Positions 19,712 to 30,561 of a DNA stretch of 60,655 nt are shown one piece after another (position 1 is the first letter of the stretch; each line of letters opens with the position of its first letter). The position numbers and the translations under genes were made by a program. This DNA is from a virus. Its lineage: Duplodnaviria; Caudoviricetes. The stretch spans positions 1 to 60,655 of IMG/VR virus record IMGVR_UViG_3300025671_000067. One strand, written 5' to 3'. Under the pieces are notes generated by a model. The model had not been told where the DNA came from. It saw nothing but the letters and a program-made list of their open reading frames with translations, and did no database searches.

Positions 19712-21277
19712 TTAGTCCCCAAAACTCATTATTTGTGAGATTTCGTCTAAGAAATCATAAGATACTTTGCCACCTTTCGCCATACCCGGAGGTCTTCCTC
19801 CTAGATTCAATGGCCCTTGCATAATGCTCCCTAACCCTTGCGGGCGTTGCCTTTTTGCCGCCGCCATAGGTACCCCATAAGGACTTGCAGAACCATAGAA
19901 TCCTGCCTGTTGCTGGGTAGCAAAGGGGCTTTGAAAGTCATATATGTATCTAATGTCGGCCAAAGGCGCTTGGTTAACGGTAACTGTCTGTCCAGCTATA
20001 TCTTCAGCGCCTAAAACTAGGTCTAGGAAACCTCTAGCTGCACTTCGTCTATTTGCTTCCGCTATCTGCTGCTGTGTCTGTTCAGTGGTAGTGTCTATCT
20101 TCTCACTGATTTTAGTTTCGGTTTCAGTTGCAGTTTTGGATATAAGTTCTTGAGTAGCGTCCCACTGATTAGTGAGGTTTGTCTCTACTTCGTTAATTCT
20201 GGTAGTTAAATTATCCTCAGTAGTCCCAAGTTGCTCTAATAGAGCTTCTTGGTTAATACCCATTTGCTCCGCAAGGTCAGCTATTGCTGCTTGTGTAGCT
20301 TGATCTCTTGTTAGACCCGCAGCTTCATATTCGGCCAGTTTTAGGTAAAGATCTGTCTCAAGCTGAGATACTTGCTCTTTAGTAGCGAGTTTAGAAAGAT
20401 CAGCTTCTAACTTAGTCTGGAAGTCAGATATTTGTTTAGTCAGGGCTTCTTTTGTTGTATTTAGATCATCCGCTAACTGGTCAATGTCCGCATTGGCATC
20501 TTCAATGGCTTTCTGTGTAGCTACATCCCGACTGTAACCTTGAGTCTCATAGGCTTCTATTCGAGCAAGTAAGTTAGCCTCTAAGTCCGCAACTTGTTTT
20601 TTGGTGGCAAGCTCAGCTATATCTGCGTTTATATCAAGCTGGAACTTAGCTAATGCTTGTGTAACTTCGTCTTGAGTAGCTCCTAGTTCGGTAGCTAGTT
20701 CACCAAGTGCGATATCAATTGCATCAAAACGAGTTTCACCCGCAGCTTCAAGTTCTCCAATACGTATCTTTAATCTTTCTTCGGCATCAGTAACATCTTG
20801 TTGAGTTGCTAACCCTTCAACCTCTCTAGCAACGATATCTTCTACTTCAGTTCTGGTAGCTAAGTCCGCAAGTTCAGTATCTAGTAATGTTTTTATTTCC
20901 TCTTTGGTTGCTAGCCCTTCTATGTCAGCTTTGGTGACCAGATTGGCCATTTGCGTTTTAATAGCAGCAACATCTGCAGCAGTTGTGCCCAGAGTACTAG
21001 CAACACCATCTACTACTGATTTCAAAACATTTAATTGGTCAGCGGTAGCAAACTTACTTAACTCTGCATATATACCGGACGGCCCACCTTCTTGTCCTGC
21101 AGGTACGCCAATAGCCGCAGCAAGAGCATCATCTCTATCTATACCGTTAGCTTCTAACTGATTAATTAACGCTATGAGGTTGTCTTGAAGAGTACCTACT
21201 TCACGATTAAAGTCGCCTACACGCACATAATCGTCTTGTTCACCTTCAATCGTAGTGTCTTCTATGTTCACCTTCAA
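19712..21277 (-). CDS. C-terminal part of a large repetitive virion protein (LATK coiled-coil repeats)
   Basis: Repeated LATK/LATR heptad units; separated from 21246-26081 by a 28-bp duplication. Confidence 0.65.
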   Translation of the reverse strand: MKVNIEDTTIEGEQDDYVRVGDFNREVGTLQDNLIALINQLEANGIDRDDALAAAIGVPAGQEGGPSGIYAELSKFATADQLNVLKSVVDGVASTLGTTAADVAAIKTQMANLVTKADIEGLATKEEIKTLLDTELADLATRTEVEDIVAREVEGLATQQDVTDAEERLKIRIGELEAAGETRFDAIDIALGELATELGATQDEVTQALAKFQLDINADIAELATKKQVADLEANLLARIEAYETQGYSRDVATQKAIEDANADIDQLADDLNTTKEALTKQISDFQTKLEADLSKLATKEQVSQLETDLYLKLAEYEAAGLTRDQATQAAIADLAEQMGINQEALLEQLGTTEDNLTTRINEVETNLTNQWDATQELISKTATETETKISEKIDTTTEQTQQQIAEANRRSAARGFLDLVLGAEDIAGQTVTVNQAPLADIRYIYDFQSPFATQQQAGFYGSASPYGVPMAAAKRQRPQGLGSIMQGPLNLGGRPPGMAKGGKVSYDFLDEISQIMSFGD

Positions 21278-21292
21278 TCGTAGTGTCTTCTA
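21237..21292. repeat. 28-bp tandem duplication causing a frameshift
   Basis: TGTTCACCTTCAATCGTAGTGTCTTCTA x2. Confidence 0.9.
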
Positions 21293-24200
21293 TGTCAACT
21301 TGGTCTGATAGGTCAGTGCCAGTACCAGTGCTTTGGTCAGTGCCAGTACCAGTGCTTTGGTCAGTGCCAGTACCAGTGCTTTGGTCAGTGCCAGTACCAG
21401 TGCTTTGGTCAGTGCCAGTACCAGTGCCTTGGTCAGTGCCAGTACCAGTGCCCGCATCACCAGTATCTCTTGCGTCAACTACCCCCGTAACAGCATCTTC
21501 AATGCTAGTTGAGACCCCAGACTCTATGTCGCTAACAACTTTGTTTATCTCTTCTTGCGTAAACTGTAACCCTGCTCCAACCAAGAAAGCTGTTACTTGG
21601 TCTAGTGTGCTTTCGCCTCCGGTTTCACTTCCAGTCTGACCTCCAGTTTGGTCTACACTTTCACCTTCACTTCCAGTCTGACCTCCAGTTTGGTCTACAC
21701 CTTCACCTTCACCTTCACCTTCACCTTCACCTTCACCTTGAGCAGCGGCAATAGCTTCATTTCTATCTTGTATAACCTGATCAACTGTCTTACCGCCCGT
21801 TATCTGAGCCATTAACTCAGCGATTTCTTCAGGGGTAGCGTCGGGGAATGCGGTTGTTAGAGCATTTTGATTAGCAGTGTTTTGAGCTTCAAGTTGAGCA
21901 GCGGCAATAGCTTCATTTCTATCTTGTATAACCTGATCAACTGTTTTACCGCCCGCTATTTCTTCCATTAATGTAGCAATTTCTTCAGGGGTAGCGTCGG
22001 GGAATGCGGTTGTTAGAGTATTTTGATTCCTAGTGTTGGTCATGCTTGTGTTGATATTAGAAATAACACCAGTAGTGGAACCGGCTGCAACAGCTTGATC
22101 TATGAAGTTTAGTATTTCTTCTTCGGTGAAGTTGCCTTGATTGTCAGTGATATGTGTACGGATCGTATCCGAATATGCTTGCCTAGTAGCAGCCGTTGCA
22201 GCATCATCCACGCTGGTCTGGAAGGTAGTTCTTTGTTGATTCAGGATATCGCTAGCAGACTCACCTTCCGCTACGGCTCCTATAAGCTCTCTATCCGCAT
22301 CTGTCAGGGTGTATCCTGTTGCCGCAGCAACGGCTTCTAATTCTTCGGCTGTAATTACTAGATCATCAAACTCTGTTTGTTTTCTATCCAACAACGCACT
22401 AGCACTACCCTCAGTAACATTGCCTACAAGTTCTTTATCCGTATCTGTTAGCGTGTAACCTTCAGCGGCAGCAATGGCTTCTAACTCTTCTAAAGTGACA
22501 GCTTTGTTGTCAAATACTTGTCTCTGTGTAGCCAAAGCACTTTCTTCAGTAGTGCCCGGAGGCAACATACTTGCTAATGCCTCTGCTTCTCCTTCAGCGA
22601 GCGTGTACCCTTCGGCGGCTGCAATTTCGGTAATTTCTTCTGCATTAATTGCTCTAGCATCAAACTTATCTTGTTCAACTTTAAGGGCTTCAGCTTCAGT
22701 AGTATCTGCGGCTATGTTCCCCGCTAGAGCCGTTGCTTCTGTGGTTGATAAAGTTACGCCTTCTGCGGCGGCAGCGTCTTTAATTTCCTGAACGCTTAAC
22801 GCAAGAGAGTCAAATAAGGACGTTGCTTCTGTAGTCTGCGTTTGCTCAAAGTCTGCACCGCCTTGTCCTACACGGTCATAGTCGCTGTCAGACAGTTCGT
22901 AGTTTTGGTCAGCAGCAATAGCTTCTAACTCTGCGCTTGTTAACTGGCGAGGATCTACGTATCCCGGTATTTCGTTTTTCTTTGCGGAGTATTCAAATAC
23001 TTCAGCGTTAGACGGCTCATACCCTAATGCTCTAAACCTAGCGCGAGTATCATCAAGGCTTGTTTGCCGTTCTTCTACCGCATTACTTGCTGCAAGTGCG
23101 TAAGATACAAGTTCTTCTTGGCTTATACCTGTTACGCCATCGGTATCTAGTTCTGCGATGGAGGGAGCAGTAAGTTCTTCAAAATCAGGGTTGCTTTCAC
23201 GCCAAGCCTCCATAGCCTGATCGCGTTCAACAAGTTCTTGTCCTGTTAATACACCATCGTTATTTATATCAAACTCAGCATCAGACGGTGCGCCGTAGAT
23301 ATTCTCCGTAAGATCCTCAATAAGATCCTGCATGTGCGCCAATTCGTCGGTGTCACCAGCAAGTTCTTCTATTTGTCCCGGTAACAGTTCTACACCGAGT
23401 TGTGTAGCGGTATTGAATACTTCCTGTTCTGTGAGGTAACCCGCATCGTCAACACCGTTCGCTATGTCATTTCTTACACTAGCGTTATCGATCTCCAGAT
23501 CCATCAAGTCAGTCTGTAGCTGAGCGGCTGCGTCGGCGGCGGTAGCTCCTCCTAACACTGCGGCTTCAGCGACAGCAACAGCTTCTGCTACTTGAGCATT
23601 ACTATGTTTAACCCAATTAGCTACTGTGTCTGCACCACCAATACCACCACCTACACCAGCGCCAGTCAGACCGCCAATAATCAAGCCACTAGCGGCACTC
23701 CCACCGTAGTCTCTATCGAAGTCTCCAGCAGCATCCATCTGCCAGTCTAGTGTCAAACTTGTTACTGTTTCGTCTATAGCTTCCTGTAAGCCTTCACCTA
23801 CAGCGGCAGTACCAGTACCCAACACCCTAGCGCCGAGTTCCCCAAGGTATTTGTGTATAGCTTTTTTAACTGCTTCAGGTGCTTGCGTAAATATGGCATT
23901 ACCGAGTCGCTCAATACCATCTTCTGCGCTGATAGCTTTTTCGTATAAGTTACCGCCAATACCCATACTGACAGCGGTAATAATGCCGCCTATCATGCCT
24001 TGGTTAATTGCTATGCTTTGTGCTTTGGCTTCTGCTTCTTCTTGGGTGTAAGCCTCACCGGTATCTGGATTTATGACGCCTTCTTTCAACAGGTTCTGCA
24101 TAGCGTCTTCGTATGCTTGACCAGCATTACCTGTAATAGCTTCTGCTAAATCTAACGCAACCCCCGTCCCGAACCCTGCGGATTGCGCCCATTTCTCTGC

Positions 24201-26081
24201 TACTTCTTTAGCTACTTGTAGAGCTTTTGCCCCACCTTTAACTATTGTAGCTGCGCCTCCAGAAGCCAATATCAAAGGTATTTCTTGGAGCAGTTCTGAC
24301 CCTACTTTGTCAACTAGGAATTCAACAGGGTGATCAGCTAGTGCACCGAAAATAGCTTCGCCGGTATCCCAAAACCCTTCAGCCGCGCCTATCTTAGCGT
24401 CAATGTCTTTTAGTGCAGTTTTGAACTCGTCTGTGTATGTGTCGTTACCCAGAGCCGCTAACTCTTTACCTAACTGGTTTAAGCTAGAGTCTTCTGGGTT
24501 TTCACCTATCATGGCTAGAGCACCAGTAGCAGTTTGCAGTAAGTCACCCGCCGCTTTTAAAGCTACTGCTTGAGTGGTTTGAATAGCATCTTGTTCAAAA
24601 AATGCCTCTGCCCCCTGCAGCATGGCGTTTAGCCCTTTCTTAGCTGCTTGTGTTTTTACATCATTCTCAGGGACATCTTTAAATAGCTCGTCTACATCAG
24701 CTTGTAATTCGTCTAAGAAACGTCCTATGGGGGTTTCAGGTTCGGCTATAGACTCTTGATACTCGTCACGTACTTCTACATAACGATCTATTAACCCTTG
24801 ATCAGTGGCTTCTATACCCGTACCTGATTCGGCCATGATCGGTGAAGACCAGACATTTGTAGCAAGGCTTATCCCTACATCATAAAACTCATCACTGGTT
24901 AATATGGTTTCTCTAGAAACACTATCTTGACCACCAAATATACGGTCTAAATAGGCATCCATTGCTGCGCCACCGGTTAAAGCATACGCAGGATCATTAG
25001 GATCTAATTGAGGCCTTGTTATAGTTTCATTACCAGACTCTAGCTGACTTAATATTCCTTGTTGAAGCAAATTCAGTCTTACTAACGCAGCATCTTGCAT
25101 AGACTGTGTAACTATTTGGGCTGCACCGGTTAAAAAACTATCAGCGGATTCTCTCGTGTAGTCTGCTAACCACGCTGCAGCGGGGCTTGAATCAAAACCA
25201 TAGTCACTTAAAAACGCGGTCATTGCTGGGCTGGGATCTTCGTCGTTTTCTCTAGCAGCCTCCCATGCTTGCAATTCTTCGGGGGTTATTTGTCCATCCC
25301 CATCAACATCTGCTGTTGCTGCTACCGCCTGACCCGCTTCGGTACCATCTTGAAAATACATGATACCGTTTTTTATTTCCCACTCTTTTACATATTCCGC
25401 CATCTCTTCGGTGTTTAGTGCCCCATCACCGTCAAGATCAAAAGGTTGGTACTCTACACTGAGTTCGACTTCGCGGTTAGGTAATTGGAAGTACTGCCAC
25501 CAGTTTCCACCGTGAACCGCTGCATAATTTTTTGCGGCATCTATAGATTCTTCTGTAGCATTAAAATGATCTTCAAATGCAAGTCGTTCGGCTTCACGAA
25601 CATCTGCAGGATTATTTGGATCACCTCCTATTACATCGAGATATTGATTAGTTAAATCAGTAAGGTCTGCATTACCAAACTCAGCAGGTCCAGAAGAAGT
25701 ACCTAACGTTGACAAAGTTTCAGGAGGTAAAACATCACCAAACAATGACGTATACATCGCGTTAAGTGCTGCGGTTTGAGCAATGTCACCAACAATACTG
25801 TCTGCGCTATTAAGTATTTCTTGGATTACATCTATATCGCCGTTTTCTGCAGCTTCTAAAATAGCGGCAGTAGTTGCGTCTTCTCTTGCTTGGAGATCCG
25901 CAAGGACTGTTTCTTCTTCAATACTATCAAGTTCTTCTTGAGTTATTCTTGGAACGGCTAAATCTATCCCACCCGCATTAATAAACGATTGGTATTCTGT
26001 AGGGCTTAAGAACCCATCACCATCTGCATCAAAGTCTTGCCAATATACTGGTTCTCTTTCTGCTTCAAATGTACGTGCCAT
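21246..26081 (-). CDS. N-terminal part of a large acidic virion protein with EF-hand-like loops and internal repeats
   Basis: Five DxDxDG-type loops; ~47-aa EELEAIAAAEGYTL repeats; low-complexity linker. Confidence 0.75.
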   Translation of the reverse strand: MARTFEAEREPVYWQDFDADGDGFLSPTEYQSFINAGGIDLAVPRITQEELDSIEEETVLADLQAREDATTAAILEAAENGDIDVIQEILNSADSIVGDIAQTAALNAMYTSLFGDVLPPETLSTLGTSSGPAEFGNADLTDLTNQYLDVIGGDPNNPADVREAERLAFEDHFNATEESIDAAKNYAAVHGGNWWQYFQLPNREVELSVEYQPFDLDGDGALNTEEMAEYVKEWEIKNGIMYFQDGTEAGQAVAATADVDGDGQITPEELQAWEAARENDEDPSPAMTAFLSDYGFDSSPAAAWLADYTRESADSFLTGAAQIVTQSMQDAALVRLNLLQQGILSQLESGNETITRPQLDPNDPAYALTGGAAMDAYLDRIFGGQDSVSRETILTSDEFYDVGISLATNVWSSPIMAESGTGIEATDQGLIDRYVEVRDEYQESIAEPETPIGRFLDELQADVDELFKDVPENDVKTQAAKKGLNAMLQGAEAFFEQDAIQTTQAVALKAAGDLLQTATGALAMIGENPEDSSLNQLGKELAALGNDTYTDEFKTALKDIDAKIGAAEGFWDTGEAIFGALADHPVEFLVDKVGSELLQEIPLILASGGAATIVKGGAKALQVAKEVAEKWAQSAGFGTGVALDLAEAITGNAGQAYEDAMQNLLKEGVINPDTGEAYTQEEAEAKAQSIAINQGMIGGIITAVSMGIGGNLYEKAISAEDGIERLGNAIFTQAPEAVKKAIHKYLGELGARVLGTGTAAVGEGLQEAIDETVTSLTLDWQMDAAGDFDRDYGGSAASGLIIGGLTGAGVGGGIGGADTVANWVKHSNAQVAEAVAVAEAAVLGGATAADAAAQLQTDLMDLEIDNASVRNDIANGVDDAGYLTEQEVFNTATQLGVELLPGQIEELAGDTDELAHMQDLIEDLTENIYGAPSDAEFDINNDGVLTGQELVERDQAMEAWRESNPDFEELTAPSIAELDTDGVTGISQEELVSYALAASNAVEERQTSLDDTRARFRALGYEPSNAEVFEYSAKKNEIPGYVDPRQLTSAELEAIAADQNYELSDSDYDRVGQGGADFEQTQTTEATSLFDSLALSVQEIKDAAAAEGVTLSTTEATALAGNIAADTTEAEALKVEQDKFDARAINAEEITEIAAAEGYTLAEGEAEALASMLPPGTTEESALATQRQVFDNKAVTLEELEAIAAAEGYTLTDTDKELVGNVTEGSASALLDRKQTEFDDLVITAEELEAVAAATGYTLTDADRELIGAVAEGESASDILNQQRTTFQTSVDDAATAATRQAYSDTIRTHITDNQGNFTEEEILNFIDQAVAAGSTTGVISNINTSMTNTRNQNTLTTAFPDATPEEIATLMEEIAGGKTVDQVIQDRNEAIAAAQLEAQNTANQNALTTAFPDATPEEIAELMAQITGGKTVDQVIQDRNEAIAAAQGEGEGEGEGEGEGVDQTGGQTGSEGESVDQTGGQTGSETGGESTLDQVTAFLVGAGLQFTQEEINKVVSDIESGVSTSIEDAVTGVVDARDTGDAGTGTGTDQGTGTGTDQSTGTGTDQSTGTGTDQSTGTGTDQSTGTGTDLSDQVDIEDTTIEGEHRRHYD
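21311..21452. repeat. 24-bp tandem repeat, about 6 copies (GTGTDQST)
   Basis: GGTCAGTGCCAGTACCAGTGCTTT units. Confidence 0.95.
21698..21739. repeat. (CACCTT)7 microsatellite encoding GE repeats
   Basis: Read directly from the sequence. Confidence 0.95.
21738..22028. repeat. Two-copy repeat with 156-bp (52-aa) period
   Basis: TTAFPDATPEEIA..M..I.GGKTVDQVIQDRNEAIAAAQ twice. Confidence 0.9.
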
Positions 26082-26090
26082 AACCGTTAC

Positions 26091-26669
26091 CTACAACACA
26101 TCTGTCGTGTGTGGGATAAGAATAGACGCTTTTTTGACCCCTTCGTTTATAGTTGTCAGTTTACCGTCAAGTGTAGCGTCTGAGGCTACAGTCGTAGCAA
26201 TTCCTGCTGTAGTCATTTCTGGCTCTGCAAAGTTATCAGCAATAGCCACTCCAAGCTGTGCATAATCGATACTCGCTGCGCCCGATAGAGATATACCAGA
26301 TACTGTAGCGGGAAATACTGGCGAACCATCAGTAAAATAGTACGGTGTACTGTAATCGTCCGAGTACAAAATCCCGCTGATTGCCACTACTCGTGGATCA
26401 TAGACCACCTTCCAGCCGTTAATGGTAAAGAAGGTGCCACCAGTCTGTCCACCGGGGATAGGATCTAACCCAGTAAATCTCATAGCTGGCAAGTACTGTG
26501 TATTTTCAATGCGTTCAAACCAACGAATCCACGCTGAATAAAGCTCTGTCTGGACATCTAACGACGTAACGCCAGCATTGACCTGGATGCTCTTGGTGAT
26601 ACCGTTGAAACTCACCTTGTCATCGTCTAGCCACTGCTCACCATGACTGATCCAGAGGTTAAGCGCCAT
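26091..26669 (-). CDS. Hypothetical virion-associated protein
   Basis: ORF tiling in the late operon. Confidence 0.7.
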   Translation of the reverse strand: MALNLWISHGEQWLDDDKVSFNGITKSIQVNAGVTSLDVQTELYSAWIRWFERIENTQYLPAMRFTGLDPIPGGQTGGTFFTINGWKVVYDPRVVAISGILYSDDYSTPYYFTDGSPVFPATVSGISLSGAASIDYAQLGVAIADNFAEPEMTTAGIATTVASDATLDGKLTTINEGVKKASILIPHTTDVL

Positions 26670-26672
26670 TGC

Positions 26673-28877
26673 TTACTGTATCCGTTCTTTCCAGCTTAAT
26701 GCAGCATTGATCTTCGTGTCTGTGCCCGGAGCAACGAAGTGGCCAATCATGAACGTCCACGCCGAACGTGAAGGTGGGGTACCTTCGATATCACCATCTG
26801 CTGCGGCACCTGCCCAACCAGAACCGTCAACTGCGCCTAACGTTGTCTCGTAGTCTCGTGGGAATGTAGCAGTCTGAAGAGCCACACTGGTTACGTTACC
26901 CGCACCGCCGCTAGTAGTCGTGAATGCAGAGCTTCCTAGACCAACATCTAGTGCCGCATCAGTTCTGCCCTCTACGCTTGCTACTGAACCGTTTAATGCA
27001 GTGATAACTGCTGTTCCTGCGCCAGTCACCGTAATCGTGTCACCAACAACCACGTTAGTCGTGCTACTCAAAGTAAGTTCACGAACGACTCTATCATCAT
27101 CAAGGTCTGCTAGATTTGCGTACAAAATCGCTGAGTTACCACCAGTGAATGCTAGGTAAACAGTCGTATCGTTTAAACTGTTTGGCCCCGTCTGCGAAAT
27201 ACCCCTAATTGTCACCTGATTACGATCATCAAACAGGTGCCTGTTCTGCCCAGTGATAGGGTTAGCGCCTAACGTCAGAGTTGCTGGATTAGCAGTAGAT
27301 ATAGATGAAATAGGCTGCTTGCGAACACTAGTCGTTGTCTCAGCGTTTACCTTTAGCGTACCTTCTTGAATCGTGTGGAACAACTTGGACAGGTCAATCT
27401 CACCGTCCCCTTTGATAGTCGCTTCAAGAATCTGCTGTCCGTGTGCAAGGTGTTCGGCTTGTGTATCAAACTCAACCGTCGTGTAGGTTTCTTGGCTGTA
27501 GCTTTCGCCTCGCAAAATACATCGGCCATAAGCTCTGACTTCAACTCTTCGGTCAGTTTCGGCAGCGGTTGAATCAAATGCGCTAACCTGCAATCGCTTT
27601 GGTAGATACAAGCTGTGGTTCTCTAAACCGTTGATCTGCTCAACAGGTCTGGCAGAAAATACATACTTTGCGCCAGTCAAAGTGCCATCAAGCGTGTGGC
27701 TGCGGTCGTACACCTTCAGCGCGCCTTCTTCCATAATGTCAGCGGTAGATTCTGTGTAAACGGAAGCACCATAGGCATACATAAACTGATTACCCGTATA
27801 GCCCGCGCCATTGATACACTTTAGTGCCCAACAAATTGGCCTGTTAGGGTTGGAGATTGCGTTATGACTAGCCTTGTTTTCCATATACATTTCGTGGCAA
27901 ACCACCCGCTCACCAAGGTAGTAAACGCCCCATCTTATACGGCCACCGCCTAAGTATTGGTAGTCAATCCAGTACAGGTTAGACTTTGTAACGTCCAGCG
28001 TCATCCCCGATGATCCTGTACCGTCAAGCTTGTCTTTGTTCCAGTCATCTTGAGCAATAGCACTGTCTGTAGTCGAACCTTCAAATGTTTTTCTATGTAC
28101 TACATTTAATGTGCTGCCGTTCTGCTGAAAGAAGAATCCGTCCGTTGCATCAAACGCACCCCAGTTCTGTACCAGTCCGGACGTGATTTTACTGTTTAAC
28201 CTAGTAGCAATCGTGAAAATCGTGCTACTGCCAGCTAATGCTGGATGGTACAGATTGCTAGTGTGCGTAGCTTGGTCGTTTAAGGTGTCACCAATTTCTA
28301 GCTTGACGGCCTGAAACGTAGGCTCATGGGTTACCGTAGCTGAACCAATTAAAGCGTTGCTAAATGCCGCAGGGTTTATGTCTTTCAGAAACAGGTATTC
28401 AGCGATCAGTTTTTGTTGCGATGTACGAAGTTGGTTGAAGGATGAAAGTTCCGCTGGGCCTTCGCCAAATCTAACCTGACCAGAACCGAATCTATCAATG
28501 TTCCAACCGTAGGATGGATTGTCCCATCCCATGATGTTATTGGCTTGGATATATAGGTCATAAACATCAACGACCGTTCCAGCAAGCGTAACCCCATCTG
28601 GATCAATGATATCCTGGCCAGCGACAGGCGAAACCTCGTTATATTTATCAGCCTTTGAGTAATGAACTGACAAATGCCCTGAAGTACCGCTGCCTTCCAC
28701 GCCATGGACGTGAACCATCATTGTAGGCCCACCGCCGCCACTAATCGTGTAATGTTCACCGATTTGCCATGCGTCGTACCCGCCTGAGAACTGAATCTCA
28801 GCAGTATGAATCATGTTTACGCGATCACCAGTGGATTCTGGCGGTACGCGAGTGAATCTCCTATCATTTACTGCCAT
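26673..28877 (-). CDS. Putative tail/receptor-binding protein with a lectin-like beta-sandwich
   Basis: 734 aa, beta-rich; DWNKDKLDGTGSSG...YWIDYQYLGGGRIRWG motif. Confidence 0.6.
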   Translation of the reverse strand: MAVNDRRFTRVPPESTGDRVNMIHTAEIQFSGGYDAWQIGEHYTISGGGGPTMMVHVHGVEGSGTSGHLSVHYSKADKYNEVSPVAGQDIIDPDGVTLAGTVVDVYDLYIQANNIMGWDNPSYGWNIDRFGSGQVRFGEGPAELSSFNQLRTSQQKLIAEYLFLKDINPAAFSNALIGSATVTHEPTFQAVKLEIGDTLNDQATHTSNLYHPALAGSSTIFTIATRLNSKITSGLVQNWGAFDATDGFFFQQNGSTLNVVHRKTFEGSTTDSAIAQDDWNKDKLDGTGSSGMTLDVTKSNLYWIDYQYLGGGRIRWGVYYLGERVVCHEMYMENKASHNAISNPNRPICWALKCINGAGYTGNQFMYAYGASVYTESTADIMEEGALKVYDRSHTLDGTLTGAKYVFSARPVEQINGLENHSLYLPKRLQVSAFDSTAAETDRRVEVRAYGRCILRGESYSQETYTTVEFDTQAEHLAHGQQILEATIKGDGEIDLSKLFHTIQEGTLKVNAETTTSVRKQPISSISTANPATLTLGANPITGQNRHLFDDRNQVTIRGISQTGPNSLNDTTVYLAFTGGNSAILYANLADLDDDRVVRELTLSSTTNVVVGDTITVTGAGTAVITALNGSVASVEGRTDAALDVGLGSSAFTTTSGGAGNVTSVALQTATFPRDYETTLGAVDGSGWAGAAADGDIEGTPPSRSAWTFMIGHFVAPGTDTKINAALSWKERIQ

Positions 28878-28887
28878 GATTTAATCC

Positions 28888-30549
28888 TTATGGGGTGTAT
28901 GCCCTGTCTTGTTCTGCCGTCAACGTTACAACGTTTGACTTGCTGCGCTCAATCGTACCAGTCGCAACAACGGGCTTGGCTACGCCCTTGTTTCCAGCCA
29001 CTACCGTAATTCCGATTTGACCTGTAGCTGCTGTCTTGTCAGTCCTGCCACCCTGACTGTTGTTGTCATAGTCAATGTTCGCGGAGATCGATGAAGCGCT
29101 GATCGTCCCAGCAATGTCTGTTGGGGTTGACTGGTTGTCATCCAAGATGATCGCTGAAGCCGTCCCGTAATCATCTGCACCTGTAATTGAGTCAGTAATG
29201 TAAACAACATAGTAACCAGTACCGCCAGACGTCAAGAAGCTGTTGAAATTCAGCGTCAAGGTAGCCGCGAAGTCGTATTGACGGGCTGTTCCACCCTGGT
29301 CGGTAAATTCAACGTTGTTAACGTCAGTAGATGCGAGGTTTGTAATAAACACGCTTTGTGAACATACCAACTTGTCACCTACAAAGCGCAACAACGAATC
29401 CGCAGTTTGCCCCGTAACTGTACCTTGCGAGTTAGATACTGCTGAGTTGATGTCAGAGTTTTGACGCAACAGATACTGAACCTTAGTGTAAATCTGCTGA
29501 AGCGTCTTGCCGTCACCATCAATAATGATTCGGAAGTCAAAGTCATCGTTAGTGTTATTGATGTCGATTACTTGCGAGACCGTGTAATAACTTACGTCAA
29601 TATTTGCATACGTCGCAGCTTCAGAACCCGTGATTTCGGCATCAGTATTGACGATATTCAAGTCATCTGCGTTAGACAGAAGAACATTAACAGTATAAGC
29701 GCCTGCACTCGTTTGACCCGTATCGGCAAGAATTGAATCGCTGTAAGTCTTACCAGCTTCGCGGCAGAATGCTTTAAAAAACGTCTGCGTGTTGAACGTC
29801 GTGGTGTCTGTGTCAACGGTCGCATCACCAAAAATTTGAACGCCTTGGTTTGCTTCGTCAGCATAAACAAAATTGACCTGTCCGCCATCGGCGTCTACTG
29901 TTTGGTAGTAAAGCTGTGCGTTTGCGCTAACCTCACCCAGAGACACGATGCCTACATAACGTCGGGCTAGATCACCACTTGAATCTGTGCCAGCCGTGTC
30001 GGGTGTAGTTGGTCGGTATTCGTTCCAGCCACCATCGCGGAGCATATATCGCGTAGCGTCTGAGTCGGTGTTGTCGGGATGCCATGCGTTGTACCTTGAT
30101 CCGTCAAAGCCGAATTCAAACTGGCCTGATTTGGCGTCAATTGCATACATCGGGAATGGGAACGCGTTGTAATAACTTGTTTCCCAGAGTTTGACAAATT
30201 TTGAATAGAGCGCCTGTAACGTTACCCCATCCTTCGCGACTAGAGCACCAACTCCAGCATTGAAGGTAAAATCCCTAACCGTTGTGTCAATAGTCAAGTT
30301 ACCTGCACTTGTCATTGCGGTACTCGTTACGGTTTGCGATTGATCCACCGTGTAAGTTCCGGTTCCGCCTGTGCCTGTACCTTGGGCCGTGATAATTGTT
30401 CCAGCGGTAACACCCGACCCGGAAATCACAGCGTTCACATCGATAAAGCCCGAAGTGACAGCGGTTACAGTAAGGGTAGTACCACTAATTTCGCCAGTGA
30501 AACTTGCCCCACCGACTGAGAGATCATCACCATCTATAATTTTTGCCAT
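28888..30549 (-). CDS. Putative virion structural protein
   Basis: 553 aa, T/G/S-rich; N-terminal [12 protein letters not shown]...GGTGTYTV module. Confidence 0.6.
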   Translation of the reverse strand: MAKIIDGDDLSVGGASFTGEISGTTLTVTAVTSGFIDVNAVISGSGVTAGTIITAQGTGTGGTGTYTVDQSQTVTSTAMTSAGNLTIDTTVRDFTFNAGVGALVAKDGVTLQALYSKFVKLWETSYYNAFPFPMYAIDAKSGQFEFGFDGSRYNAWHPDNTDSDATRYMLRDGGWNEYRPTTPDTAGTDSSGDLARRYVGIVSLGEVSANAQLYYQTVDADGGQVNFVYADEANQGVQIFGDATVDTDTTTFNTQTFFKAFCREAGKTYSDSILADTGQTSAGAYTVNVLLSNADDLNIVNTDAEITGSEAATYANIDVSYYTVSQVIDINNTNDDFDFRIIIDGDGKTLQQIYTKVQYLLRQNSDINSAVSNSQGTVTGQTADSLLRFVGDKLVCSQSVFITNLASTDVNNVEFTDQGGTARQYDFAATLTLNFNSFLTSGGTGYYVVYITDSITGADDYGTASAIILDDNQSTPTDIAGTISASSISANIDYDNNSQGGRTDKTAATGQIGITVVAGNKGVAKPVVATGTIERSKSNVVTLTAEQDRAYTP

Positions 30550-30561
30550 TTATGTGTCTCC

